This document shows positions 18,634 through 27,073 of a stretch of DNA of 64,000 bases, in pieces. Origin of the DNA: Clostridiales bacterium (GTDB lineage: Bacteria > Bacillota > Clostridia > Oscillospirales > CAG-272); NCBI GenBank assembly GCA_016282315.1, contig JAEEKG010000075.1, positions 5,354 to 69,353 of the forward strand. The letters are read 5' to 3'. Each line of letters opens with the position of its first letter. Within the stretch, counting starts at the first letter, position 1. A program made the translations under genes and the position numbers. The notes beneath the pieces were generated by a model, which worked only from the letters and a program-made list of their open reading frames with translations, searched no databases and was not told where the DNA came from.

Positions 18634-20565
18634 TTATTTTATATGCTCACGCACATACTTAACCATATCATTAACCGTTGAAATACTTGTTTGCAAAGTT
18701 GAAGGAAACGGTACTTCAAACTCTGTCTGGATATTCGTAATCATTGTGAAGTAATCAAGACTGGTTCCTCCCAAGTCGAAGAAGAAATGTCCGTCATTTC
18801 TAATATCTTCAACCGGTTTACCGATTGCCTTGGCAAACAATTGTTTGATTCTCAATGTCAATTCATCGTCCTCAGTGTTATCAGAAACAAAACTGGATCT
18901 GCTGACAATTGTCAATTGATCGTTCTTCAGCATTTCTTTAATCTTGTTTCTGTTTATCTTAAAGTCATTTACGCCCATCAAATATGATGATGTGAAAACA
19001 ACTTTGTTAATCATTGAACTCATGTTCAAATCGCTTATTCTTTCGTTCAATGTTTTTTCGATTATTTCGAATTGCTGAGAGTCGATGTATTTATTAATCT
19101 CACAAATAAGCACTACACTGTTTTGATTACTTACAAGGCATATTCTCTTCAAACCATCGAACATCAATTTGGGTTCAATAATATTCGGGTTGATGTTCTC
19201 GCCGTTTGAACAAATAATCAAATCGTCTTTTCGACCATTGATGTAATACTTGTTGTTCTTGAGTTCGAACAAATCGTGAGTGTTGAACCACTCTCCTTTT
19301 GACTCTGTCGGTTGTCCATCCGAATAAACTTTATCCGCAATAGATTTGCCTTTTACCAACAGTTCACTTCCGTCGTTTATCTTATACTCAAGCGAACTGA
19401 ATGGTTTTCCCACAGAGCACTTGTTTCTTTCATTCGGAATATCTGTCAGTTCTACAGATGTAATTCCCAACTCAGTCATTCCGTAACCATTGGTGAGGTG
19501 ATAACCGATTCCATTGATGAATCTCATTACATCGTAGGAAACATATCCTCCGCCGTTTATCAAAAATGATATGCTCTCTCCGAACATTCCATCCCTGATT
19601 CTTTTAAATGCAATCTTTGAAAAGATGTGATGCAAAACTTTTGAGTTTCCCAATGAATCGGAAATCTTCATTCCGCGCAAAAACTTCTTATATGTTTTTT
19701 CACCCTGATCCTGGATGGTACGGATTGCAGTATCATAAATCTTTTCCCAAAAAATCGGCACTGCGAATATATGGGTTACGTTGTGCTTTCTTATGGTGTT
19801 GACTATTGTCTTTGGTGAATAGTCCTTTAAGAACACAAGCGTTCTTGAAAAGAAACAGAACCATATATACATTGCCACAAAGCCGAATATATGGTAAAGC
19901 GGTAAAAAGGCGAGTAATTTTAATTCACCCTTGTAGTGTTTTTTAACACTCTTGCTTGTTTTTATAACTTCACTGCTGTCTTTTATCTGGTAGTAAAACT
20001 TTTCTCCCGAGTAAGAACAAATCTTTAAGTGAGAAGATGTATTTGAAGACATCAAAAAAACTTCATCCTGAAATACTTCCTGTTTAACCTGATCTTTTTT
20101 GTCGCAGTTGTAAATGTCTTCTACATGAATGTTCTGTACTTTGTAATTCTTGTTTCTTGAGATAACTGCACCCACGCCGTATTGGCTGTAAACATCTTCC
20201 AATGTTTCATCATCAATTCGTGTATTAACAAGAAGAGGTTTATATCCGGATTTCAATATTGCCCAGAACAACTCCAGCCATTCACGACAATTTTCCAAAT
20301 ATAAACCGACTATAGTGCCAACAGGTTTTTCCTTAAGCATTGCTGATAGTGAACCGGCTAAACCTTCTATGCATTCTTCGCTCTGACCATATGTCACTTT
20401 TTTTACTCTGTAGCCATCGGTGCTTTCACAAAAAACGTTATTCTTTTCAGAAAACATCAGCCCGTACAAAGATCGCATACTCTTGTCCGTCTGAGCAAGA
20501 CAAGACAATTTGTGATTCACAAATTCATCAATGCTTTTAAAACCAGCGATATTGTTATATCTCAT
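18634..20565 (-). CDS. adenylate-forming enzyme fused to a C-terminal carrier (thiolation) domain
   Basis: 643 aa. Motifs NGYGMTELG, GEWFNTHDL and GRKDDLIICSNGENINP are present, but the P-loop is degenerate (MSSNTSSHLK). The C-terminal carrier motif is FFFDLGGTSLDYF. Confidence 0.8.
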   Translation of the reverse strand: MRYNNIAGFKSIDEFVNHKLSCLAQTDKSMRSLYGLMFSEKNNVFCESTDGYRVKKVTYGQSEECIEGLAGSLSAMLKEKPVGTIVGLYLENCREWLELFWAILKSGYKPLLVNTRIDDETLEDVYSQYGVGAVISRNKNYKVQNIHVEDIYNCDKKDQVKQEVFQDEVFLMSSNTSSHLKICSYSGEKFYYQIKDSSEVIKTSKSVKKHYKGELKLLAFLPLYHIFGFVAMYIWFCFFSRTLVFLKDYSPKTIVNTIRKHNVTHIFAVPIFWEKIYDTAIRTIQDQGEKTYKKFLRGMKISDSLGNSKVLHHIFSKIAFKRIRDGMFGESISFLINGGGYVSYDVMRFINGIGYHLTNGYGMTELGITSVELTDIPNERNKCSVGKPFSSLEYKINDGSELLVKGKSIADKVYSDGQPTESKGEWFNTHDLFELKNNKYYINGRKDDLIICSNGENINPNIIEPKLMFDGLKRICLVSNQNSVVLICEINKYIDSQQFEIIEKTLNERISDLNMSSMINKVVFTSSYLMGVNDFKINRNKIKEMLKNDQLTIVSRSSFVSDNTEDDELTLRIKQLFAKAIGKPVEDIRNDGHFFFDLGGTSLDYFTMITNIQTEFEVPFPSTLQTSISTVNDMVKYVREHIK

Positions 20566-20619
20566 TTCATTAACCTAACAAGAATAATATTTTTTTACAA
20601 AAGATAAAAATACTTTAAT

Positions 20620-20648
20620 AGTATATATCATAATTATAATTAATTCAA
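20620..20648 (-). promoter_or_regulatory. candidate promoter of the lipid-acylation operon
   Basis: On the minus strand: TTGAAT, 17 nt, TATACT. The -10 hexamer ends 55 nt upstream of the ATG at 20565. Confidence 0.3.
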
Positions 20649-20742
20649 CCTATTAAATGCCACAAATAGACAAATGTTGTTCAGTCATTTTCCATCGAAT
20701 GTAGGTATTCATTCTGCAATAGGTTTTTACAGCATTTGTTTC

Positions 20743-20771
20743 TTGACATGACAAAAACCAATTGATATAAT
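20743..20771 (+). promoter_or_regulatory. consensus sigma-A promoter for tRNA-Thr
   Basis: TTGACA (20743-20748), 17-nt spacer, TGa-TATAAT (20766-20771). The tRNA starts 14 nt downstream. Confidence 0.7.
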
Positions 20772-20784
20772 TTACTTTGCGCTT

Positions 20785-20860
<76 letters not shown>

Positions 20861-20870
20861 TAAAGTAGTT

Positions 20871-20896
20871 GCTTTGGTGCAGTTTTGTGCCAAAGC
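20871..20896 (+). terminator. possible weak terminator or processing hairpin after tRNA-Thr
   Basis: GCTTTGGTGCA-gttt-TGTGCCAAAGC (includes two G-U pairs), followed by the T-rich tract atattatttatctt. Confidence 0.35.
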
Positions 20897-20934
20897 ATAT
20901 TATTTATCTTAAATATTTTAAAAGGAGCAAACCC

Positions 20935-22833
20935 ATGGAAAAAGTAAGAATTCAGGACGACTTATACACATTCGTAAATCAAGAATGGCTAGATAAGGCA
21001 ACAATACCAGATGATTTGCCTATGACAGGCGGCTTCGCTTCATTGGATGAAAGTGTAAGAGACACTTTAATCCGCGATTTGAATGAAATGTGTGAAAAAG
21101 GCAATTACAGCAATAAATACATGGAAAATGCCTGCAGACTGTACTCAAAATACAAAGATACAAAAAGACGCAACAGAGAAAAAATGCGTCCTGTACAGAA
21201 GTATTTAAGCAAAATCGAAAAATTAAAAGATTGTTCAAGTTTAAACAGAAATCTGAAAGAGCTTGTTCTTAACAGCTATCCTCTTCCATTCAAAGTAGAA
21301 GTCATGGAGGACATGAGTGACACAAGCAAGCGCTGCGTTGCCGTTTTCCCTCCCAGAACCATACTCCCGGATTCTTCGTATTACAAACCGGAGAATGCAC
21401 AACAAAAGGAAATGATGATTGGTCTCTGGACAAATATGGCACATATGATCCTGGCCGAATCAAAGCTCAGCCCTGAAAACCAGGAATTGTACATTTCAGA
21501 TGCATTGAAAATTGATGCTGCAATCGGTTCGCTCGTTAAAACAAGCGAAGAACTCAGCGAATACACAAAAATGTACAATCCAATGAGTACAAGAACTGTA
21601 TCGGGATTGTTAAAACCAATTAAATTCAGACAACTTTGTTCTTCATTATTCGATTCAGTTCCGGAAGTAATAATTGTAACTGACCCGAGATATTTCAAAT
21701 CTTTTAAAACCGTTTTCAATGCTGAAACTTTTGAGCAATTCAAGCACTGGGCATATGTCAGAAAATTGATTGATTCCACTTCTTTCTTGAGTGAACATTT
21801 AAATGAATTGGGAAGTATGTTCATGATGGCATTGACAGGTGTTCAAAAAGTTCCTTCTGCAGAAAAGCGCGCATATGAATATGTTTCAGCTACGTTTGCT
21901 AATCCAATAGGAAATTATTACGGAGAAAAGTATTTTGGTGAAAAGGCAAAAGAAGACGCAACTGAAATAGTGAAAGAGATCATTGAACAATACAAAGAAA
22001 GAATACAAAAAAATAACATTTTGACAGAACAGACAAAAAAACAGGCAATAGTCAAACTGTCAAAGATGGCAATAAAAATCGGTTATGCAGATTACATTGA
22101 TCCAGTGTACGACAAGGGAGTGATCGACGAATCTGACTCTTTGTTAGATACAGCTATTATGATAGAAAGAATCGAAAAAGAGTATGAATACTCCAAACTC
22201 CACAAACCGGTTGACAGGGGCGAGTGGATTATGCACGGACACGTTGTAAACGCAGGTTATAATCCAATGTTCAATGACATCTCATTTCCAGCTGCTATTC
22301 TTCAACCTCCTTTCTATTCAATTAACCAGACAAGAAGTGAGAATTTGGGCGGTATCGGAGCAGTTATAGGACACGAAATTTCACATGCGTTCGACAACAA
22401 CGGAGCAAAATTTGATGAAACCGGAAGCCTTAACAATTGGTGGACAAAAGAAGACTTAAAGAAATTCAATGCAAGTACAAAAGCTATGATCAAAGAATTT
22501 GAAGGAATTGAACTTCCTTGGGGAAAAGTCAACAGCAAATTGATTGTAAGTGAAAACATTGCAGACAATGGCGGGATGGCCGTTACCATTGACATCATGA
22601 ACAAATCTAAAGGCGCATCTTTTGAAGAGTATTTCAAAAACTGGGCACGAGTATGGTGTCTGAAAGCAAAACCGGAATACTTGCAATTGCTCTTGACAAT
22701 AGATGTTCATGCACCGGCAATTTTGAGAGCGAATATGCCGCCCAGAAACTTTGAAGAATGGTATAACACATTCAACGTTACAAAGAAAGATAAAATGTAT
22801 ATAGCTCCAAACAAACGCGTGGTTATTTGGTGA
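20935..22833 (+). CDS. pepO: M13 family (neprilysin/PepO-like) zinc endopeptidase
   Basis: HExxH (GHEISHAF) and ENIADNGG motifs. Start moved to the ATG at 20935 (MEKVRIQDDLY), which is preceded by AAAGGAG. Confidence 0.9.
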   Translation: MEKVRIQDDLYTFVNQEWLDKATIPDDLPMTGGFASLDESVRDTLIRDLNEMCEKGNYSNKYMENACRLYSKYKDTKRRNREKMRPVQKYLSKIEKLKDCSSLNRNLKELVLNSYPLPFKVEVMEDMSDTSKRCVAVFPPRTILPDSSYYKPENAQQKEMMIGLWTNMAHMILAESKLSPENQELYISDALKIDAAIGSLVKTSEELSEYTKMYNPMSTRTVSGLLKPIKFRQLCSSLFDSVPEVIIVTDPRYFKSFKTVFNAETFEQFKHWAYVRKLIDSTSFLSEHLNELGSMFMMALTGVQKVPSAEKRAYEYVSATFANPIGNYYGEKYFGEKAKEDATEIVKEIIEQYKERIQKNNILTEQTKKQAIVKLSKMAIKIGYADYIDPVYDKGVIDESDSLLDTAIMIERIEKEYEYSKLHKPVDRGEWIMHGHVVNAGYNPMFNDISFPAAILQPPFYSINQTRSENLGGIGAVIGHEISHAFDNNGAKFDETGSLNNWWTKEDLKKFNASTKAMIKEFEGIELPWGKVNSKLIVSENIADNGGMAVTIDIMNKSKGASFEEYFKNWARVWCLKAKPEYLQLLLTIDVHAPAILRANMPPRNFEEWYNTFNVTKKDKMYIAPNKRVVIW

Positions 22834-22838
22834 CAAAC

Positions 22839-22865
22839 AATGCCTGCACTTTTTGTGCAGGCATT
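22839..22865. terminator. bidirectional terminator hairpin between pepO and tetR
   Basis: AATGCCTGCAC-ttttt-GTGCAGGCATT perfect 11-bp stem. Confidence 0.7.
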
Positions 22866-22881
22866 AATTGTTTGCTAAATA

Positions 22882-23460
22882 TTAATATTTCAAATGCTTT
22901 CTAACCCCATCAAAGAACAAATTGCTGATTATCATGGCCAATTTTTCGACAGGTTCTCTTCTTCCGTTATATAGCCATTTATTGTATACTTGAAACATAC
23001 CTGATATAGAATATTCCACAACAACATTGTTTTCATATTCTGTATAATCACATCTCTGTCTCTTAAGAACATCTTTGAGTTTATCTTTTAAGTATGAGAT
23101 TATTTTTTCCGAGAGGTTGGTTTTCAAATCTGAATTCATCACTTTTTTAAAATAATCAAAGTCTTCATCCAATAGTTTTGTTAACCTTATCAAAACATTG
23201 TAAGGACCTTCTAATTCACTTTTTGTGTCAAGGCCTTTGATTGCAGTCTTGAATCTTTCGAACAATTCATCTTCTATTTCATTTATTATTTCATGAATTC
23301 CCGAATAATTGTTGTAAAATGTTTTCCTGTTGACGTCTGCCAGTTTTGCAATATCAGTTATAGTGATATCATTAACATTTTTTTGAGCCAGTAAATCAAT
23401 GAATGCGCTCTTTATAGCTTTTTTTGTTTTTAAGATTCTTCTATCAATTTTCTTTTCCAT
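22882..23460 (-). CDS. TetR/AcrR family transcriptional regulator
   Basis: 192 aa. N-terminal HTH (ITITDIAKLADVNRKTFYNNYSG). Divergent from the degV gene. Confidence 0.85.
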   Translation of the reverse strand: MEKKIDRRILKTKKAIKSAFIDLLAQKNVNDITITDIAKLADVNRKTFYNNYSGIHEIINEIEDELFERFKTAIKGLDTKSELEGPYNVLIRLTKLLDEDFDYFKKVMNSDLKTNLSEKIISYLKDKLKDVLKRQRCDYTEYENNVVVEYSISGMFQVYNKWLYNGRREPVEKLAMIISNLFFDGVRKHLKY

Positions 23461-23545
23461 AGTACTTTTTTTACACCATTTGTCCGCAATCTGTGTATTA
23501 TTTCTGAAAACGCTTGTCCGTGGCCTTTTTTTAATACACCCCTAT

Positions 23546-23574
23546 AGTATAATACACACGTGTGTTATAGTCAA
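23546..23574 (-). promoter_or_regulatory. tetR promoter with an embedded 12-bp perfect palindrome (candidate TetR operator)
   Basis: On the minus strand: TTGACT, 17 nt, TATACT. The spacer contains ACACACGTGTGT (23554-23565). On the plus strand a TATAAT (23548-23553) abuts the same palindrome and faces degV. Confidence 0.5.
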
Positions 23575-23602
23575 CACAAAATCAAAACATTTTGAGGTAA
23601 GT

Positions 23603-24472
23603 ATGCTTACATTATATTGTGATTCAGATATGGACATGACTCTGGAAAGTTGTAAAGAATATGGATACAAAATGATCAGTATGCCATACAGCATTGACGG
23701 CAAAACTGTATATCCATATGAAGATTACAAAATCTTTGACTCAAAGTCTTTTTATAACACTTTAAGACAGGGTGTTATACCCACAACGAGTGCAATTTCA
23801 GAAATGAAATACAAGGAGTATTTCGAACCTGAATTCCAAGCAGGAAACGACATCTTATATGTTCACTTCTCAGCTGCTATGACAATGACTTTTGACAACA
23901 TGCATAAAGTTATTGATGAATTGAAAAAGAAATACCCTGAGAGAAAGTTCTATGAAATAGACACAAAAGGTATAACAATACTTAGCAACTTAATTGCAAA
24001 AGAAGTGAGCAGATTGCTCAAAGAAGGAAAAACAGTTGAAGAAGTATTGGAGTGGTCCAAGACAGAAGTAGATCACTATGCAGTATATTTCTTTGCAGAT
24101 GATCTAAAATTCTTCAAAAAGAGCGGAAGAGTCAGCGGTTTGTCTGCAGCTATGGGAACTTTGATTGGAATTCGTCCGATCATCAACATGGCAGAAGATG
24201 GCAAAATGGGAAGCATAGGAAAAGAAGTCGGAAGAGCAAAAGCTTTGAACAGACTTGTTGATTATGTAAAAGAAATAGGTGATAAACCTCAGGATTACAA
24301 GATAATAATAGGACATACCGATGCGTTGGAATTGGCTGAACAACTGGCCACTGCACTTAAAGCTGAACTCGGCGACAACATTGATTATGATATCGTTGTA
24401 ACAAACCCTACAACAGGTTCCCATTGCGGTCCTGATTCGGTTGGTGTTGCGTTCCACTCAATCCACAGATAA
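23603..24472 (+). CDS. DegV family (FakB-like) fatty-acid-binding protein
   Basis: Start moved to the ATG at 23603 (MLTLYCDSDMDM...), preceded by GAGGT. About 289 aa, typical DegV length and layout. The upstream part of track ORF 23399-24472 overlaps tetR antisense. Confidence 0.8.
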   Translation: MLTLYCDSDMDMTLESCKEYGYKMISMPYSIDGKTVYPYEDYKIFDSKSFYNTLRQGVIPTTSAISEMKYKEYFEPEFQAGNDILYVHFSAAMTMTFDNMHKVIDELKKKYPERKFYEIDTKGITILSNLIAKEVSRLLKEGKTVEEVLEWSKTEVDHYAVYFFADDLKFFKKSGRVSGLSAAMGTLIGIRPIINMAEDGKMGSIGKEVGRAKALNRLVDYVKEIGDKPQDYKIIIGHTDALELAEQLATALKAELGDNIDYDIVVTNPTTGSHCGPDSVGVAFHSIHR

Positions 24473-24479
24473 TAATTAT

Positions 24480-24516
24480 GGCATAGTACTTGATAATTTT
24501 TGTACTATGCCTTTTT
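24480..24516 (+). terminator. intrinsic terminator after degV
   Basis: GGCATAGTAC...GTACTATGCC stem followed by TTTTT. Confidence 0.7.
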
Positions 24517-24529
24517 CATGCAAAAAATA

Positions 24530-24551
24530 ACACAAGCGAAACCGCTTGTGT
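24530..24551. terminator. intrinsic terminator after tsf (also readable on the plus strand)
   Basis: ACACAAGCG-aaac-CGCTTGTGT, with T-runs on both strands. Confidence 0.7.
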
Positions 24552-24570
24552 ATTTTTTGTTATTTAAGAA

Positions 24571-25506
24571 TTATTTTTTGAGCATCTTTGCAACTTCTTC
24601 GTCCAAGTTGTCAACTCTCTTTTCAATTCCTTCGCCCTTATTGTAAATTACAAAGCAAGCGATCTTGATGCTTCCGCCGAAAGCCTTAGCTGTCTGTTCA
24701 ACATATTTGCCTACGGTCATGGAGTCATCTTTGATATAAGCCTGATCTACCAAGCAATTCTCTTCATAGTATTTGCCAAGACGACCAACTGCCATCTTTT
24801 CGATAATTGCTTCCGGTTTGCTTGCGTTCTTAGGATCGTTCTTAATCTGTTCAGCTATGATTTCTTTTTCCTGAGCTATAACTGAAGCCGGAACTGATTC
24901 TCTGTCAAGATATGGAGTTGTTGAGAAAGCGCCGAGCTGGAGAGCTATATTCTTAGCGAATTCAGCAAATCCGGGATTGTTCTTAGCTGTATCGTCTGCA
25001 TCGAATTTAACAATAACACCTGTTGCACCATTGCCGTGAACATAAGTTGTTGTTGTTCCTTCAACTACTACGAAACGTCTTACGTCGATTTTCTCTTTGA
25101 TTGTGAAAATCATATCTTTAACTTTTTCTTCAACTGTGAATTCTGTTCCATCAAATTTCTCTGTCTTGAGTGCATCGAGATCAGCTGGATTCTTTTCAAG
25201 AATTGTACGAAGAAGACCATTTACAAACTCAACAAATGTAGCGTTCTTTGCAACGAAGTCTGTTTCAGAGTTAACTTCAACCATTGCAACTTTTTCGCCT
25301 TTTGTCATAACAGCTACAAGTCCGTCAGCTGCTACTCTGTCAGCTTTTTTAGCTGCTACAGCAAGACCTTTTTCTCTAAGAATTACAATTGCAGCTTCTT
25401 CATCGCCGTTTGTTTCAACAAGAGCTCTTTTGCAGTCCATAAGACCAGCACCTGTTTTATCTCTGAGCGCGCCAACCATAGCGGCTGTGATTTTTACATC
25501 TGCCAT
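24571..25506 (-). CDS. tsf: translation elongation factor Ts
   Basis: N-terminal UBA-like region ITAAMVGALRDKTGAGLMDCKRALVETNGD. Lies downstream of rpsB. Confidence 0.95.
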   Translation of the reverse strand: MADVKITAAMVGALRDKTGAGLMDCKRALVETNGDEEAAIVILREKGLAVAAKKADRVAADGLVAVMTKGEKVAMVEVNSETDFVAKNATFVEFVNGLLRTILEKNPADLDALKTEKFDGTEFTVEEKVKDMIFTIKEKIDVRRFVVVEGTTTTYVHGNGATGVIVKFDADDTAKNNPGFAEFAKNIALQLGAFSTTPYLDRESVPASVIAQEKEIIAEQIKNDPKNASKPEAIIEKMAVGRLGKYYEENCLVDQAYIKDDSMTVGKYVEQTAKAFGGSIKIACFVIYNKGEGIEKRVDNLDEEVAKMLKK

Positions 25507-25534
25507 TTTATATTCCTCCTAATTAGTCTAAGTA

Positions 25535-26311
25535 TTATTCAGCTGATTCTTCAGCAGCTTTTTCTGCTTCAGCTTCTTCTGCTGTAACAACTTCTTCTGT
25601 CTCTGTTTCTTCAGCTGGAGTATTCTGTTCGCCCTGTCTTCCTTCGATAATAGCATCTGCCAAAACAGAAGCAATGAGTTTAACGGCACGGATTGCGTCG
25701 TCGTTTCCAGGAATGACATAATCAGCATCATCAGGGTCACAGTTTGTATCTACGATAGCGATAACCGGTACACCAAGTTTTTTAGCTTCGAGAACAGCGT
25801 TGTGTTCCTTGTGTGGGTCAACTATGAAAATAGCCTGTGGAATACCTGGCATTGTCTTAATTCCGCCGAGGTTGCGTTCAAGGTCTGATTTTTCCTTGAG
25901 AAGTTGAGCAACTTCTTTCTTTGGAAGCAGTGCAAATGTTCCATCTTCTTCCATCTTTTCGAGAGCCTCGAGTCTTGTAATGCTCTTTTTGATTGTCTGA
26001 TAGTTTGTGAGCATTCCGCCGAGCCAACGTGTGTTAACATAATACATTCCACAACGTTCAGCTTCTTCTTTAACTGCATCAGAAGCCTGTTTCTTTGTTC
26101 CGACAAAGAGGAGGTTTCCGCCGTCAGCTGAAAGATCTCTTACAAAGCTGTAAGCTTCTTCAATCTTAGCTGCACTTTTTTCGAGGTTAATGATGTAAAT
26201 TCCATTTCTTTCGGTGAAGATATATTCCTGCATTTTAGGGTTCCATCTTCTTGTGTGGTGTCCGAAATGTACACCTGCTTCAAGCAACTGCTTGAGTGAT
26301 ACTACTGACAT
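25535..26311 (-). CDS. rpsB: 30S ribosomal protein S2
   Basis: Start moved to [27 protein letters not shown] (ATG at 26311, RBS AAAAGGAGAAAAG). It has an acidic C-terminal tail. Confidence 0.95.
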   Translation of the reverse strand: MSVVSLKQLLEAGVHFGHHTRRWNPKMQEYIFTERNGIYIINLEKSAAKIEEAYSFVRDLSADGGNLLFVGTKKQASDAVKEEAERCGMYYVNTRWLGGMLTNYQTIKKSITRLEALEKMEEDGTFALLPKKEVAQLLKEKSDLERNLGGIKTMPGIPQAIFIVDPHKEHNAVLEAKKLGVPVIAIVDTNCDPDDADYVIPGNDDAIRAVKLIASVLADAIIEGRQGEQNTPAEETETEEVVTAEEAEAEKAAEESAE

Positions 26312-26440
26312 AATATCTTTTCTCCTTTTAATTTTGGTTTTTTCCTCCACAATTTGATACTTATATTTGCAACCCCTTCGGGCACCGAGCAAATATACAG
26401 ACTGTGTGTGAAGTGACTTCCTTTTTCGGAAAGCCGCGTT

Positions 26441-26469
26441 ATTATATCACAAAATATTTATATGCGCAA
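26441..26469 (-). promoter_or_regulatory. sigma-A promoter of the rpsB-tsf operon
   Basis: On the minus strand: TTGCGC, 17 nt, TGa-TATAAT. Leader of about 120 nt. Confidence 0.6.
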
Positions 26470-26476
26470 CACTTTT

Positions 26477-27070
26477 TTATATATTATTGCGTTTTCCTAC
26501 TACTTGATACATAGATTCATCAGAAATTGAGACTACAGGTTGGAGGTACTTTGAAAATAAATCTGCCAATTCTTCAGCAGGCATTAATTCTGAGAACAAT
26601 GTTTCATCTAGTCCGTCATGATGATGGTTTATCTTTTCCCTGCTGGCGCTATGCGCTATTGTCAAAGTTCCGCCTTCAATAAGACATGAAGAGAGGTTGG
26701 CAATAAGTTTTTCCGGAGAAGAAAAATGTGGAAACGCATTGTAAATTACAATATTGTTATATTTTCCTCCAAAAGCATACTCTTCAGCATCTGCGCAAAT
26801 AAACTCGACATTGTTATCTTTGAATTTGCTTTTTGCTATGCTTATCATCTTAGAGGATATGTCAATTGCAGTGATTAAAGATACATCTCTATTAATGTAA
26901 TAAGGAATCAATATTCCAGTTCCGCACGCCACATCCAATATTCTGTTTTTACATGATACTTCAGCATTATCCAGTATTTTGTTTATTATGTCATCTTTTT
27001 TTGTTTCGTTTGAATCCCATTTGTCTGCAAGTTCATCAAAGAAAACTGCTACTCTTTGTTTATCTACCAT
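26477..27070 (-). CDS. class I SAM-dependent methyltransferase
   Basis: Motif I ILDVACGTGIL. 197 aa. Confidence 0.75.
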   Translation of the reverse strand: MVDKQRVAVFFDELADKWDSNETKKDDIINKILDNAEVSCKNRILDVACGTGILIPYYINRDVSLITAIDISSKMISIAKSKFKDNNVEFICADAEEYAFGGKYNNIVIYNAFPHFSSPEKLIANLSSCLIEGGTLTIAHSASREKINHHHDGLDETLFSELMPAEELADLFSKYLQPVVSISDESMYQVVGKRNNI

Positions 27071-27073
27071 GTA

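Noticed and set aside
20869-20934. N-terminal extensions of track ORFs: 20869 (pepO), 23399 (degV), 32551 (GH78-like), 26392 (rpsB), 54624 (nadC), 51612 (ruvB), 10277 (phosphoesterase), 9265 and 13291.
   Set aside because: The extensions run through terminators, tRNA-flanking sequence, promoters or upstream genes. Internal ATG or GTG codons with good RBS give N-termini that match the families.
25036-25587. Long antisense ORFs in the track opposite well-supported genes. Examples: 344-787, 2707-3237, 25036-25587, 25097-25522, 27776-28495, 34836-35276, 36660-37163, 41046-41549, 41777-42442, 48117-48476 and 54212-54667.
   Set aside because: They lie entirely inside, and antisense to, genes with strong motif support (tsf, the GH116 enzyme, tlyA, argR/recN and others). 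They have low-complexity or Ser/Phe/Leu/Cys-rich compositions typical of shadow frames, and they lack RBS-like sequences.
25535-25640. Acidic Glu/Ala/Thr-rich C-terminal tail of ribosomal protein S2, and overlapping Lys/Leu-rich ORF 25528-25740.
   Set aside because: Variable acidic tails on S2 are common. The overlapping ORF is a frame artefact of the GAA/GCT-rich tail.
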